Shown: positions 14,896 to 24,847, counted from the first letter of the stretch. The stretch: DNA of 40,787 bases from an uncultured Candidatus Saccharibacteria bacterium (GCA_964355855.1 CAYHFD010000004.1:1-40787); one strand, 5' to 3'. Notes: generated from the letters alone by a model not told the origin. Program-made: numbers and translations.

Positions 14896-16815
14896 TTATA
14901 TTATGTCAGCTGGTGCAATATTGATGATGAAAGAGGGGGGGAGGGCCCGTAGAACAGCCAATAACTCCTCGTTTACCCACTGTTTAGGCTCAAGCTTAAT
15001 AAGTAAGTTGGCATTATATTTACCCTTATTGGTTAGCGAGTCGGGTGAAGGATATATAATTGGTTCAAATTTTTCCAACAACTTGGCTAGTTTAGCTAAA
15101 TCGCGTTCGACTAGGTCTTTAAAACCCTGGCGGGAAATTTTAATTAGTATGGAAAATGGAGGATATTTTGACTCACTTCTGGCTTTAATTTCATCACGAT
15201 AAAATTCTAGGATGTTGCTATTGCTAAAATATTGCCAAACACCCTCATCAATTAATCGAGTTTGGATGATTAGTTCTTCTTTGGTTATTTCTTTTAGTTC
15301 GAATAAAAGGCGCATAATATTTTCTTGGGTGCGGTAGCCGGGTAAAGCGAACATGTGGTCAATAGTTACAACAGCAGAAAAATTAATCGGTTCAACAAAA
15401 TATCGGATAGCCATTTCTGTTCCGATTAGAACCGACCCTGGTGTAGCTAAATATTCAGCCATTATCTTTATAGCTTTAGCGGGGGTGGGAGCATAATCGG
15501 AATCTAGAATAAAAACTGGCCAGTCGGGGTTGGTAGCAAGCAATGATTCCCTTACTGTTTCGGTGCCCACTCCCAGTAAAGAAAGTCTCCAACCACCACA
15601 AATTGCACAGCGGTCGGTAATTTTATCACTATGGCCACAGTGATGACAGTGATAAGTCCTGGTGCTATTTTTTTGATTGTGTAGGGTGAGCGGTTGCTGA
15701 CAAGATTGGCAAGCAACCAGATTTTCACAGTCGTTGCAGACTAAAATTGGTGCCAACCCGCGCCGACCAACTAGCAAAAAAACCTTTTGTCTTTTGTGGG
15801 TATTGCGGCTGATGGTGGTTAGGATTTCAGGGTTAATAACTGTAAATTCTTTATCCTTTTCTTCACCCTTGTTTATTTTCATGTCAAAAATAGCCACTTT
15901 TGTTGCCGGTAGTAGACGATATTTTATGGTTGAAGCCGGTAAAATTTCTTTTTGTTCAAGGCGATAAATAGTTTCGGTGCGTAGGGTGGTATCGCCCAGA
16001 ATAAATTTTTGCTTACCGCTTTCGGCATAAAACTCGGCCGTTTTTCGGGGATCAATAAACGGTCGACTGATAGGAAGATAACTGTCATCGCCTTCTTTTT
16101 CAATCACAATGGCCCCTAAATTTTGTTTAGGGTAGGAAAGATATAAGGGAGTAGTAATAATGAGTTGGGGATGGCTCGCTCCCCGGGCTTTTTGCCAGTG
16201 ATTTAGGATTGTTGGAGTTGGAATTTTAGAGTGCAAGACAACGGTGTGTTGCTCAATTCCTTTACCAAGTAAAGGAAAAATTTTTTCAGCATCGATGGCG
16301 GTGGGTACCAATACTAATACCGACTGATTTTTAGCAAAAGTTTCTCTAACCAGACTACGATAAAAAGATATTCGCTCCTCAACCGAATCTTGAATAGCCA
16401 ATTTATCAATCAGGGTTCCACTGGCAAGACTATTTTTAGGATTTTCGGTTTTATTGTTTTCCGGCCAATTTGTTTTTTCGATTGATTCTAGAATTGACCT
16501 GGGAGTTGTTGTTTTTATTACTTGACCCAAGGAAGAAGCAAAATATTCGGCCGAGCGTTGGCAGGCATTTAAAAAATCAGTCTGAAAAAAATTCGAACAG
16601 CTAATCCGAGTTATTTTTTTTAAACTAAAGGAAGATGACTTAAGGCTAGATTTTTGGGTGTTGGCGGGCACACATTCAAGTACCAGAGCTGAAACATTAC
16701 GGTTTTTAACTGGCACTTTAACCACACTCCCTGGGGGGATTTCATTTTTAGAAAAATAGGTGAGCTGGTCTTTGAATATACCTTTCTCGATTGGGGCAAC
16801 AGTAACAATATTCAT
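14896..16815 (-). CDS. priA: Primosomal protein N' (PriA) with degenerate helicase motifs
   Basis: N-terminal LTY...G.VVKVP, four CxxC pairs (CNDC, CQSC, CHHC, CAIC), GVGTE, IIQTR, YPPF. Start set at ATG16815. Confidence 0.9.
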   Translation of the reverse strand: MNIVTVAPIEKGIFKDQLTYFSKNEIPPGSVVKVPVKNRNVSALVLECVPANTQKSSLKSSSFSLKKITRISCSNFFQTDFLNACQRSAEYFASSLGQVIKTTTPRSILESIEKTNWPENNKTENPKNSLASGTLIDKLAIQDSVEERISFYRSLVRETFAKNQSVLVLVPTAIDAEKIFPLLGKGIEQHTVVLHSKIPTPTILNHWQKARGASHPQLIITTPLYLSYPKQNLGAIVIEKEGDDSYLPISRPFIDPRKTAEFYAESGKQKFILGDTTLRTETIYRLEQKEILPASTIKYRLLPATKVAIFDMKINKGEEKDKEFTVINPEILTTISRNTHKRQKVFLLVGRRGLAPILVCNDCENLVACQSCQQPLTLHNQKNSTRTYHCHHCGHSDKITDRCAICGGWRLSLLGVGTETVRESLLATNPDWPVFILDSDYAPTPAKAIKIMAEYLATPGSVLIGTEMAIRYFVEPINFSAVVTIDHMFALPGYRTQENIMRLLFELKEITKEELIIQTRLIDEGVWQYFSNSNILEFYRDEIKARSESKYPPFSILIKISRQGFKDLVERDLAKLAKLLEKFEPIIYPSPDSLTNKGKYNANLLIKLEPKQWVNEELLAVLRALPPSFIINIAPADII

Positions 16816-16951
16816 AGTCTTTTTGCTATTGGATTTAGTATACACCGGCAGGCTAACTTATCCACTAAAAGGGCTATTTATAATGAAATTTAAGGTACAA
16901 ATAGACAGACAAATAGAATATAATATGTAGTGAGCCATAGCGTCTGCCCTT

Positions 16952-18589
16952 ATGGATTTTTTACCTTACCAAAGAAAAATAACGCCTGAAAAACAAACAC
17001 TCAACTCTGACGATGTGAATCAGACTGACCTGCCAAATCCGGTGCCTAGCCGTAGTCTAGCGGAAATGGGCCGGTTCTCTTTGGTGGTTTTATCTGAAGC
17101 TCAAAAAAAACAGTCCACTCTAGTGCCGGTGTTGGGCTTGCTTTTGGCCCTGGCCTTACTAAGTGCGGGAGAAAAAATATCAGATAAATTAGCCGTGGCT
17201 AGTTTAAGTAATAATAAAATGAATTTTTCTAGGCTAACTATGCCAAGTCTGGCCTGGCCCGAAATTTCTTTTCGTCATGCCGATATGTTGGCGGTAGCTT
17301 TGCGTGGTTATGGTCACAGCCGAACCGAAATCCAAAAAATAGAAGCTAGTGTTCTGGCGATTACGACTAGAAAAGTTGTGACCTCAAAGGATATTGTTTC
17401 TAGTGATTTGCGTAATGCTCGGGACGAGATTGCATTTTACACTAATCAAAAAAATCAGCAGATTGATGTTTGGGCTCGCCAGCTTGGTGGACAAAAAGAA
17501 AATTTGACGGCTAACCTTAGGGTCGCTGCTCAAAATTTAAACCAACAGGTAGTGGTTGGTGAAAAAAAGTTTGAAAAAATTATGTCTTTAACTGATATGC
17601 CGGATGGGCAGGTGGCTATGTCTGGTCGTTTATCTAAAAATATTTTAACGGAAACAAAATTAGTTATTATCGATAGTCGACAACGAGCCAGAAGTACCGT
17701 CGCTAGGGGAGATGCCTTACTTTATCAACCGGTGGCTATTTTGAGTAGTGGCTTAAAGGTGGCCGGTGATACTCTTTTTGCTTGGCACCAGAGTGGTCAA
17801 AAACTTGCGACGGTGATTGGTGAAAGTGTTGAAAAGAAATCAGCTTTGGTCCAGAGTGAATTTATCAAACTTGGCCAGCAGACCAACCTAATATTAGCCA
17901 ATACTCAAGTGGTAGCTGGGTCAATCGAAGAATTGGCAATTAGTTCATCCCAACAGGTTCATAAAGGTGCTCAAAATATTGAAACTAGTTTTAACGAGGG
18001 GTTGGCTCTCGCGACCATGTCTGATCGGGCTATATTTGCGGTGGCCGAATACAGTGTCGCTAGTGTTGATACCGCGATGAGTAAAACCATTTCTTTAACC
18101 ACTCGTTTGTGGTATGCCGTACCGACGGCGGTCATAGATAGTTTGGCGGCAATTGGTCGCGAATTGATTAATTTTTCGGTAAATATCAAAAATCGTTGGC
18201 AAGAATTTGTTTTGGGGTCGAAATCAAGCCTGGTTAATTCGAGTCTGGCTGGTGATCAAACAGCCGGGACGGCTTTACTAAGAGAACAAATAAGACAAGA
18301 GTTGTTAAATGAGCTAGAGGGTGAATTTGGCTCGGTTTTTGAGCGTTTGCGGGCTGGTTACCCAATGGTGGTTCAAGAACCAAAAAATGGTGAAAGGGGA
18401 GTGGTTATAGTTCCCGAGGGCAAGACTCCGGAAAGTAACGCGGTGGTGCGGGGACGACTAAAACAAATGTTCTCTGATCCAATAAATGTGAAATTTGATG
18501 TCGATGGTCAGTCGGGGGTCGTCACACCAGAATTTCGGAGCCGGACTGGTGAAAATTATATTTTCCTTTTAACGCCGATTAAAAAATAA
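16952..18589 (+). CDS. Large membrane-anchored helical/coiled-coil hypothetical protein
   Basis: Hydrophobic segment near residue 60, long amphipathic helical body and a small C-terminal beta domain (FSDPINV...SGVVTPEF). First gene of a tightly packed four-gene operon. Confidence 0.75.
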   Translation: MDFLPYQRKITPEKQTLNSDDVNQTDLPNPVPSRSLAEMGRFSLVVLSEAQKKQSTLVPVLGLLLALALLSAGEKISDKLAVASLSNNKMNFSRLTMPSLAWPEISFRHADMLAVALRGYGHSRTEIQKIEASVLAITTRKVVTSKDIVSSDLRNARDEIAFYTNQKNQQIDVWARQLGGQKENLTANLRVAAQNLNQQVVVGEKKFEKIMSLTDMPDGQVAMSGRLSKNILTETKLVIIDSRQRARSTVARGDALLYQPVAILSSGLKVAGDTLFAWHQSGQKLATVIGESVEKKSALVQSEFIKLGQQTNLILANTQVVAGSIEELAISSSQQVHKGAQNIETSFNEGLALATMSDRAIFAVAEYSVASVDTAMSKTISLTTRLWYAVPTAVIDSLAAIGRELINFSVNIKNRWQEFVLGSKSSLVNSSLAGDQTAGTALLREQIRQELLNELEGEFGSVFERLRAGYPMVVQEPKNGERGVVIVPEGKTPESNAVVRGRLKQMFSDPINVKFDVDGQSGVVTPEFRSRTGENYIFLLTPIKK

Positions 18590-18590
18590 T

Positions 18591-19478
18591 ATGACTAAGT
18601 ATCTTTGGCTGATAATAATTATAGTTGGGCTAAGCGCTCAAAGCGTTCAAGCCCAAAGCCGGCCTTTTTTTGGGGTGGCTCCGACTAAATTAGAAATATC
18701 AGTCAAGCCAGGTCAAGCCGAAACTAAAAGCGTCAAAGTGGTCAATCATTTAGGGGGCCCCGCGCAATTTAATCTGGCTTTAGAAAGTTTTGCGCCGGAA
18801 AATAATGGGCGCGGAGTGATTATCTCCGATAAAGATTTATACTATGTGGAAAAATATATCTCTACCCCGTATCAGCAATTTACTTTAGCGGAGGGGGAAG
18901 CGGTGAATATTCCGGTCACAGTGACGGCTCCGGCTGGCGGGGGGCCTAGTAGTATTTTTGGAGTGCTCGCGATTGAGGGCCAGGTTATAGGCGAAGTCCA
19001 AGCGGCGACGCGCTTAAGCTCCCGGTTGGGGGTTTTAATATTTATTAAGACGGCTGGCCAGCAACAAGAGCAAGGTCAACTAACGGCTTTGGGGCTGGTG
19101 GGGGGGCCGATTAATTTTATGGCCGGCCAGCCGAGAGCTGTCTATATTTCCTACAAAAATACTGGCAATGTTCATCTTAATCCTTATGGTTATATTGACG
19201 CCAAATATTTTGGGGTTTTGGGAACACAAAAAATTGCGGTTAACCCGTGGTTTGTTTTACCGGATTCGACTAGGACCAATGAGATTGTTTACCCTCGCCG
19301 TTTGGCCTACGGTCCTTATTTATTTACGCTGAAACAAAACCGGGGGTATGGTGATATTATTGATAAGCAGTCTTTTTTCGGGTTGCTTTTACCTTCCCGC
19401 TTGGTCACCCTCTTATCTGGGCTGGGTTTAGTCCTATTTTTTATCCTGATTAGAAAAATGTTAAAACGACCAGAATAA
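18591..19478 (+). CDS. Secreted, C-terminally anchored beta-sandwich protein (DUF916/WxL-interacting-like)
   Basis: Signal peptide, GVAPTKLEI...PG...VKVVN, IPVTVTAP, YKNTGNVHLNPYG, VLPDSTR, and a C-terminal TM helix with basic tail. Confidence 0.6.
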   Translation: MTKYLWLIIIIVGLSAQSVQAQSRPFFGVAPTKLEISVKPGQAETKSVKVVNHLGGPAQFNLALESFAPENNGRGVIISDKDLYYVEKYISTPYQQFTLAEGEAVNIPVTVTAPAGGGPSSIFGVLAIEGQVIGEVQAATRLSSRLGVLIFIKTAGQQQEQGQLTALGLVGGPINFMAGQPRAVYISYKNTGNVHLNPYGYIDAKYFGVLGTQKIAVNPWFVLPDSTRTNEIVYPRRLAYGPYLFTLKQNRGYGDIIDKQSFFGLLLPSRLVTLLSGLGLVLFFILIRKMLKRPE

Positions 19479-19479
19479 G

Positions 19480-20241
19480 ATGAAAATTTTTTTAACCATT
19501 GCTATTAGTAGTTGCCTCTCCTTTGCTTTCGCGGGGGTGGGGCTTGCTTATGTGGCGGAAAGTACCAGTTATAAAATTGAAAGTGATAGTCTAAACTTTG
19601 GCGGGACGGAAAATTCAACCTCGACTTCCTTTAATTTAAGCGATACTTTTGGTGAACTGGCGACTGGGACCTCGACCAGTGCCTCATTTAATTTGCATGC
19701 TGGTTACCGGGCAGTAGAAAATGCCACAGTGATTTTAACTCTCACCGCGCCAGCTGATGTGGCTTTGGGCGCTCTCGACCAAGGGGAAGAAACTTCCGGC
19801 CAGGCGGTGTGGAATGTGGCCACCAATAATCCCGCTGGCTATCGTTTGTCGGTAAAATCCAGCACCGAGCCGGCCCTAAAAAAATCGACCACGGATAGCT
19901 TTACTGACTATAGCCCAACGGATGGGGTTAGTACTCCAGCCCATGATTGGTCCCTGGGGGCCAGTAGCGCTTTGTTTGGGTTTACTCCCGAGGGGACCGA
20001 TGTCGTCGCGCGCTTTAAGGACAATGGTTCCACCTGCGCGACTGGTAGTGGTAATATTACCAATAGTTGCTGGGCAGGTCTCTCCACCACCAATCAAACT
20101 ATTGCCGAAAAAACATCAGCCAATGCTGGTGTCGGTGGTACCGATACCACCGTTCGCTTGCGGGCTGGCCTTGGTCGTGATTCGCAAATTGGTAGTGGCG
20201 ATTATACCGCCAATATTATAGTCACGGCGATTACTTTATAA
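19480..20241 (+). CDS. Secreted Ser/Thr/Gly-rich beta protein (WxL-like/fimbrial-subunit-like)
   Basis: Signal peptide, VATNNPAGYRLSV, a Cys pair, and a C-terminal GDYTANIIVTA strand. Confidence 0.6.
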   Translation: MKIFLTIAISSCLSFAFAGVGLAYVAESTSYKIESDSLNFGGTENSTSTSFNLSDTFGELATGTSTSASFNLHAGYRAVENATVILTLTAPADVALGALDQGEETSGQAVWNVATNNPAGYRLSVKSSTEPALKKSTTDSFTDYSPTDGVSTPAHDWSLGASSALFGFTPEGTDVVARFKDNGSTCATGSGNITNSCWAGLSTTNQTIAEKTSANAGVGGTDTTVRLRAGLGRDSQIGSGDYTANIIVTAITL

Positions 20242-20243
20242 AT

Positions 20244-22214
20244 ATGTTCAGAACCAAATTATTATTACTGGCCAATATCATCCTTGGGTTAGCTTTGGCT
20301 GGTGTGGTCTGGGCCGAGTCTACCGATGGGGTGGGCGTAACTTTGTCGGTACCCCCACCTCCTCCTGATTGTACTGATTGTACCACTTATGGCTGTAAGG
20401 ACCCGACCGCCAAAAATTATAGTCCCAATGCTAATGTCGCCGATAACTCTTTATGTAAATATTATATTTTAGGTTGTACCGACCCCGGGGCGGAAAATTA
20501 TAATAGTCTGGCCGAGCGCGATGATTTGTCTTGTACCTATGTGCCGATGGCGACCGATTTTGAGGCCACTTATGAGGTCGTTGGTAAAAAGGGATTATTA
20601 TCGTGGAATAATCCGACCGGTTTTGCCAATCTAGCCGGTGTGCGGCTGGTCCGTAAAACTGGTTCTATTCCCACGACTATTACCGATGGCACTGTTGTAT
20701 ATGACGGGTTGGGTGAAGAAGCCCAAGACGCCAGTGTTCAATTAGATATTCGTTATTATTATGCTTTATTTGTGCGTTCTACCACTGGGCATTATTCAGC
20801 ACCGGCCGTGGCCGTGCTTACGCCCGGGCAAGATGATGATGACCCCTTTGAAGAATTTCCCACGGCCATTAGTGATGATCCCTTGATCTCGGCGCTCAAT
20901 TTAGGTGATTTTATTTTTACTCAAGTTGGTGAAAGGCCCCAATATTTTGGCCGTAATGGTTTGGTCACCATTAAAGGTGATAAAAATTTCACCGTGACTT
21001 TACCTTATGAAAAAGTACCGGAAGTTCTAAAGACCATTGGTATTACTCTTCATGATCCGATCGACCAGTCTAAAACATTTTCTTTTACCCTCCGCTTAAA
21101 TCGAGCTAAAACCGCTTACACCGCTACGGTCGCTCCGCTTGGACGCACTGGTACTTATCGGGTGAGTATCTATGTTTTAAATTTTGCCGATCAGACGATC
21201 AAAAAAATCACGGGCAATTTGATGGTGGCTACTCCGGGGTTTTTACCGTCGGGAACTTTGCGAGCCGCGGGGCAAATCGGCCAAAAATTGGCAGTCGGGG
21301 TGGGTATTGGGGCTATTTTGTTTCAAACTTTAGGTTTGACTTCTCACTTGAACTCCATCGCTGATTTATATTTAATATTGATGCGTTTACTGGGGTGGCT
21401 CTTAGGGTTGGTTGGCTTTAAGAAAAAAAGTAAGCCGTGGGGGACGGTTTATGACGCGGTGACCAAACGTCCCATTGACCCGGCCTATGTAACTGTCGAG
21501 TCGGGACCAGTTGGAACACAAACATCCTCGGCGATTACTGATATTGATGGTCGCTATGGCTTCTTATTACCAGCGGGAACTTATATATTAAAGGCGGGAA
21601 AAACCCACTATTCATTTCCGTCACGTACTTTGTACGGCAAAAATCGGGATGAACTGTATAATAATTTATACTTTGGCGAGCCGGTGCGGGTTGAGGGTGA
21701 AGAGATAATAAATAAAAATATTCCTCTTGACCCGATTGGTTTTGACTGGAACGAGTTTGCTAAATCAAAATCAGAATTTTTCAAAATTTATTCTCTAAAA
21801 GAAATTAGACGAAATCGTGTTTTTTCGGTTTTTTACTTAGCGGGTTTAATTATTTCAGTGGCCAGTTTAATAATTACACCCAGCTGGCTCGATATTATTG
21901 TTTTATTGTTTTACGGTCTATTATTTATTTTCCAAAAATATTGGCTGGCGCGACACAAGCCAGTCCAAATTAAGAGTAAAACAACTGGTGAACCACTACC
22001 TTTTGCTATCGTTCGCTTTTATTTAGCCGGTATTGACACCGAAATAAAGTCAGTGGTGGCCGATGAACTGGGACGTTTTTATGTTTTATTGCGACCAGAA
22101 ACATATTATTACACGATTGAAGAGAAAGAGGTGAGTGGCACTTACCACAAGGTTTATACTTCGGAACCGGTAAATTTGTCTCGTGGGGTAATTACGGCTG
22201 ATGTAATTTTATAA
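20244..22214 (+). CDS. Multidomain surface protein with GCxDPxAxNY repeats, beta-sandwich domains and carboxypeptidase-regulatory-like domains
   Basis: Signal peptide, two GC.DP.A.NY...A..D...C.Y repeats, internal TM helices, WGTVYDAVTKRPIDPAYV...TDIDGRYGFLLPAGTY, and a second TGEPLPFAIVR...ADELGRFY unit. Confidence 0.7.
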   Translation: MFRTKLLLLANIILGLALAGVVWAESTDGVGVTLSVPPPPPDCTDCTTYGCKDPTAKNYSPNANVADNSLCKYYILGCTDPGAENYNSLAERDDLSCTYVPMATDFEATYEVVGKKGLLSWNNPTGFANLAGVRLVRKTGSIPTTITDGTVVYDGLGEEAQDASVQLDIRYYYALFVRSTTGHYSAPAVAVLTPGQDDDDPFEEFPTAISDDPLISALNLGDFIFTQVGERPQYFGRNGLVTIKGDKNFTVTLPYEKVPEVLKTIGITLHDPIDQSKTFSFTLRLNRAKTAYTATVAPLGRTGTYRVSIYVLNFADQTIKKITGNLMVATPGFLPSGTLRAAGQIGQKLAVGVGIGAILFQTLGLTSHLNSIADLYLILMRLLGWLLGLVGFKKKSKPWGTVYDAVTKRPIDPAYVTVESGPVGTQTSSAITDIDGRYGFLLPAGTYILKAGKTHYSFPSRTLYGKNRDELYNNLYFGEPVRVEGEEIINKNIPLDPIGFDWNEFAKSKSEFFKIYSLKEIRRNRVFSVFYLAGLIISVASLIITPSWLDIIVLLFYGLLFIFQKYWLARHKPVQIKSKTTGEPLPFAIVRFYLAGIDTEIKSVVADELGRFYVLLRPETYYYTIEEKEVSGTYHKVYTSEPVNLSRGVITADVIL

Positions 22215-23732
22215 ACCACCAATAACTTTAATATCAGCCCCAATGGCATTTAAACGGCTGGCTATTTCTTCATAACCACGATTTATTGAGTAAATATTTC
22301 GTAAAATAGAGGTGCCCGGAGCAGCCAACATGGCAATAAAGATAATCATGGCTGGTCGAAGAGCGGGGGGACAGACCACCTGGGCTACTTTCAGTGGTGT
22401 TTTGCCGGTGACAAATACTCGATGGGGGTCGGCCAGAGTAACCTGGGCGCCGAGGCGGTTTAGCTCGGTAAAATAAACAGCTCGGTTTTCCCACATCCAA
22501 TCATGAATTAAGGTTGTGCCGGTAGCCTGGGTAGCAATCGGCACAAAAAATGGCAGGTTGTCCGAATTTATTCCTGGATAAGGTAGGGCGTGGATTTTAT
22601 CGGCCGGGGCTTTTAATGAGGAAGGAAAAACATCAATATCTACTAAATCGGTTCGGCCATTATACGATTTATAACGTTTAGAAGTTTTAAATTTTAGGCC
22701 CATTTTTTCTAGCTTTAGAAGTTCAACAGCCAAAAAATCGATGGGACATCTTTTGATATTAAGTTTAGAACCGGTGGTGGCGGCAATGGCAATAAACATC
22801 ATCGACTCAATCGGGTCTTCGCTGTTGTAGTATTCTAGGGGGATATCTAATTTATTTAGACCCTCGACAACTAGATTGGTGGTACCAATACCTTCGATTT
22901 TAACACCCGCTGATTGTAAGAAAAAACAAAGTTCTTGAACCTGATAATTAGGGGGCGCAAAACGGATAGTAGTTTTTCCGGGTACAAGGGCTGATCCCAT
23001 TAAGATATTATTGGTCGCCGTGTCGCTGGCTTCGTACATTACAATATCGGCTGGTTTACATTTGCCAGTCTTAATTTCGTAGTCATTTTCTTTAGTGGTA
23101 ATTTTTATACCCAGTTGTTCAAGACCAAAACGGTGGGCGGCAATAGTGCGATTACCCATTTTACAGCCACCAGCGTGGGGAAGGTGAAATGATTTTAAAT
23201 AATGAGCCAGGGGCCCAATAAGCATTAGACTGGAGCGTATTTTAGCGGCTGATTCTTTGTTTAATGACATTAAATTAAATTGCCGGGGCGGGAGTATTTC
23301 GACAGTATTTTTAGCGGTCCAGCGAACAACAACACCGAGGCTTTCCATAATCTCAATTAAACGAAAAACTTCTTCAATGCGCGATATGCCGTGCAAAATG
23401 GTCTTGCTTTTGTTTAAAAGTGAGGCACATAAAAGTACGACTGAACCATTTTTAGAAAAATTAGTGATAATAGTACCAGATACTTTTTTACCACCCTTAA
23501 TTTCAAAGTCTAAGGATTGGGAAATCGAGACAATACTTCGATTTAAAACCCGACTAATTTTTTGCAGTTTTTGGGTGCTAAAATTTTGTTGGCCAGCCTC
23601 CATGCGGGCGACGGCCGATTGGGAAGTTTGCAGGGCCTTGGCAAAAGTCGCTTGAGTTAAATTTTTTTCTTCCCGTAATTGTTTAATAAAAAAGCCAATC
23701 TTTTGTTGGGGGTTGTTTGTTGATTTAGACAT
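22209..23732 (-). CDS. murA: XRE-type HTH fused to UDP-N-acetylglucosamine 1-carboxyvinyltransferase
   Basis: N-terminal IKQLREEKNLTQATFAKAL.TSQSAVARMEAGQQN is an XRE HTH. MurA motifs: SKN, GGCKMGNR (catalytic Cys), PYPG..SD, ENR, LR, INRGYE. Confidence 0.93.
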   Translation of the reverse strand: MSKSTNNPQQKIGFFIKQLREEKNLTQATFAKALQTSQSAVARMEAGQQNFSTQKLQKISRVLNRSIVSISQSLDFEIKGGKKVSGTIITNFSKNGSVVLLCASLLNKSKTILHGISRIEEVFRLIEIMESLGVVVRWTAKNTVEILPPRQFNLMSLNKESAAKIRSSLMLIGPLAHYLKSFHLPHAGGCKMGNRTIAAHRFGLEQLGIKITTKENDYEIKTGKCKPADIVMYEASDTATNNILMGSALVPGKTTIRFAPPNYQVQELCFFLQSAGVKIEGIGTTNLVVEGLNKLDIPLEYYNSEDPIESMMFIAIAATTGSKLNIKRCPIDFLAVELLKLEKMGLKFKTSKRYKSYNGRTDLVDIDVFPSSLKAPADKIHALPYPGINSDNLPFFVPIATQATGTTLIHDWMWENRAVYFTELNRLGAQVTLADPHRVFVTGKTPLKVAQVVCPPALRPAMIIFIAMLAAPGTSILRNIYSINRGYEEIASRLNAIGADIKVIGGL

Positions 23733-23752
23733 ATATCATATATGATATATGT
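23729..23752. promoter_or_regulatory. Perfect 24-bp palindrome, candidate operator over the murA -10 and start codon
   Basis: ACATATATCATATATGATATATGT is its own reverse complement and includes the start codon (23730-23732). Confidence 0.6.
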
Positions 23753-23829
23753 TTTAAAAAAGTGGGCAAGGTGGCGAGTGGTGGATATTGTTGCAGAGGA
23801 GTCTAGTCTAGTCCATAATTAGCTTAAAT

Positions 23830-24843
23830 ATGGCGTTTTTTACTAAAAAACTAGGTATAGATTTAGGTACGGCCAACACCCTGGTTTTTGTTCCAGGCGA
23901 GGGGATTGTTCTCAATGAACCCTCGGTAGTGGCCGTGTCGGAGTATGACAATAAAGTGGTGGCGGTGGGCAATGAAGCCAAGGATATGATTGGTAAAACC
24001 CCAGACAATATTCGGGCTTATCGACCAATGAAAGACGGCGTGATTGCCGATTATCGCGTCACCGAGGCCATGCTTAAATATTATATTGCCAAAGCCCTAG
24101 GCCCGTGGCACTTTTGGAAACCTGATGTCATGGTATCGGTGCCAGCTGGTGTAACTTCGACCGAGCGCCGAGCGGTGATTGAGGCGGCCATGAAAGCGGG
24201 GGCCAAAAATGCCTATGTCGTGAAAGAGCCGATTTTGGCCGCCATCGGGGCCGGAATTCCCATTTACGAGGCCAAAGGTCACATGGTGGTGGATATTGGT
24301 GGTGGTACGACCGATGTGGCGGTTATTTCTTTGGGTGGTATTGTAGCTTCAACTTCAGTTAAATACGCGGGAAATAAAATTGATCAGGCCATTGCTGATT
24401 ATATTAAAAAAACCTTTAACCTAGCTATCGGCGATAAAACTGCCGAAGAAGTAAAAATTGCCATTGGTTCAGCGGTGCCAGTCGAGGAAGAGACGGCCTA
24501 TCCTATAAAAGGTCGTGATTTTATGACTGGTTTACCACGTACGGCTGAAATAAAAACTAATGAAATAGTACGGGCGATTGATAATGAATTACGAGAAATT
24601 ATTAAAGCCATCAAACATGTTTTTCAGGAAACCCCCCCAGAACTTTCTCGGGATATTATTGAGTCGGGAATAATTATGACCGGCGGATCATCGCAACTTA
24701 AAAATTTACCGGAATTGGTTTTTCGTCGAACCGGAGTGAAGGCGGTTTTAGCCGAAGAGTCTTTATATTGTGTGGCGCGGGGAACAGGCGTGGCTTTAGA
24801 GCATCTTGATACTTATAAAAAAAGTGTTATTAGTAAAAAATAA
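23830..24843 (+). CDS. mreB: Rod shape-determining actin-like ATPase, MreB/Mbl paralogue 1
   Basis: GIDLGTANT, NEPSVVA, VDIGGGTTDVAVISLGG, TGG. Confidence 0.95.
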   Translation: MAFFTKKLGIDLGTANTLVFVPGEGIVLNEPSVVAVSEYDNKVVAVGNEAKDMIGKTPDNIRAYRPMKDGVIADYRVTEAMLKYYIAKALGPWHFWKPDVMVSVPAGVTSTERRAVIEAAMKAGAKNAYVVKEPILAAIGAGIPIYEAKGHMVVDIGGGTTDVAVISLGGIVASTSVKYAGNKIDQAIADYIKKTFNLAIGDKTAEEVKIAIGSAVPVEEETAYPIKGRDFMTGLPRTAEIKTNEIVRAIDNELREIIKAIKHVFQETPPELSRDIIESGIIMTGGSSQLKNLPELVFRRTGVKAVLAEESLYCVARGTGVALEHLDTYKKSVISKK

Positions 24844-24847
24844 TCAT

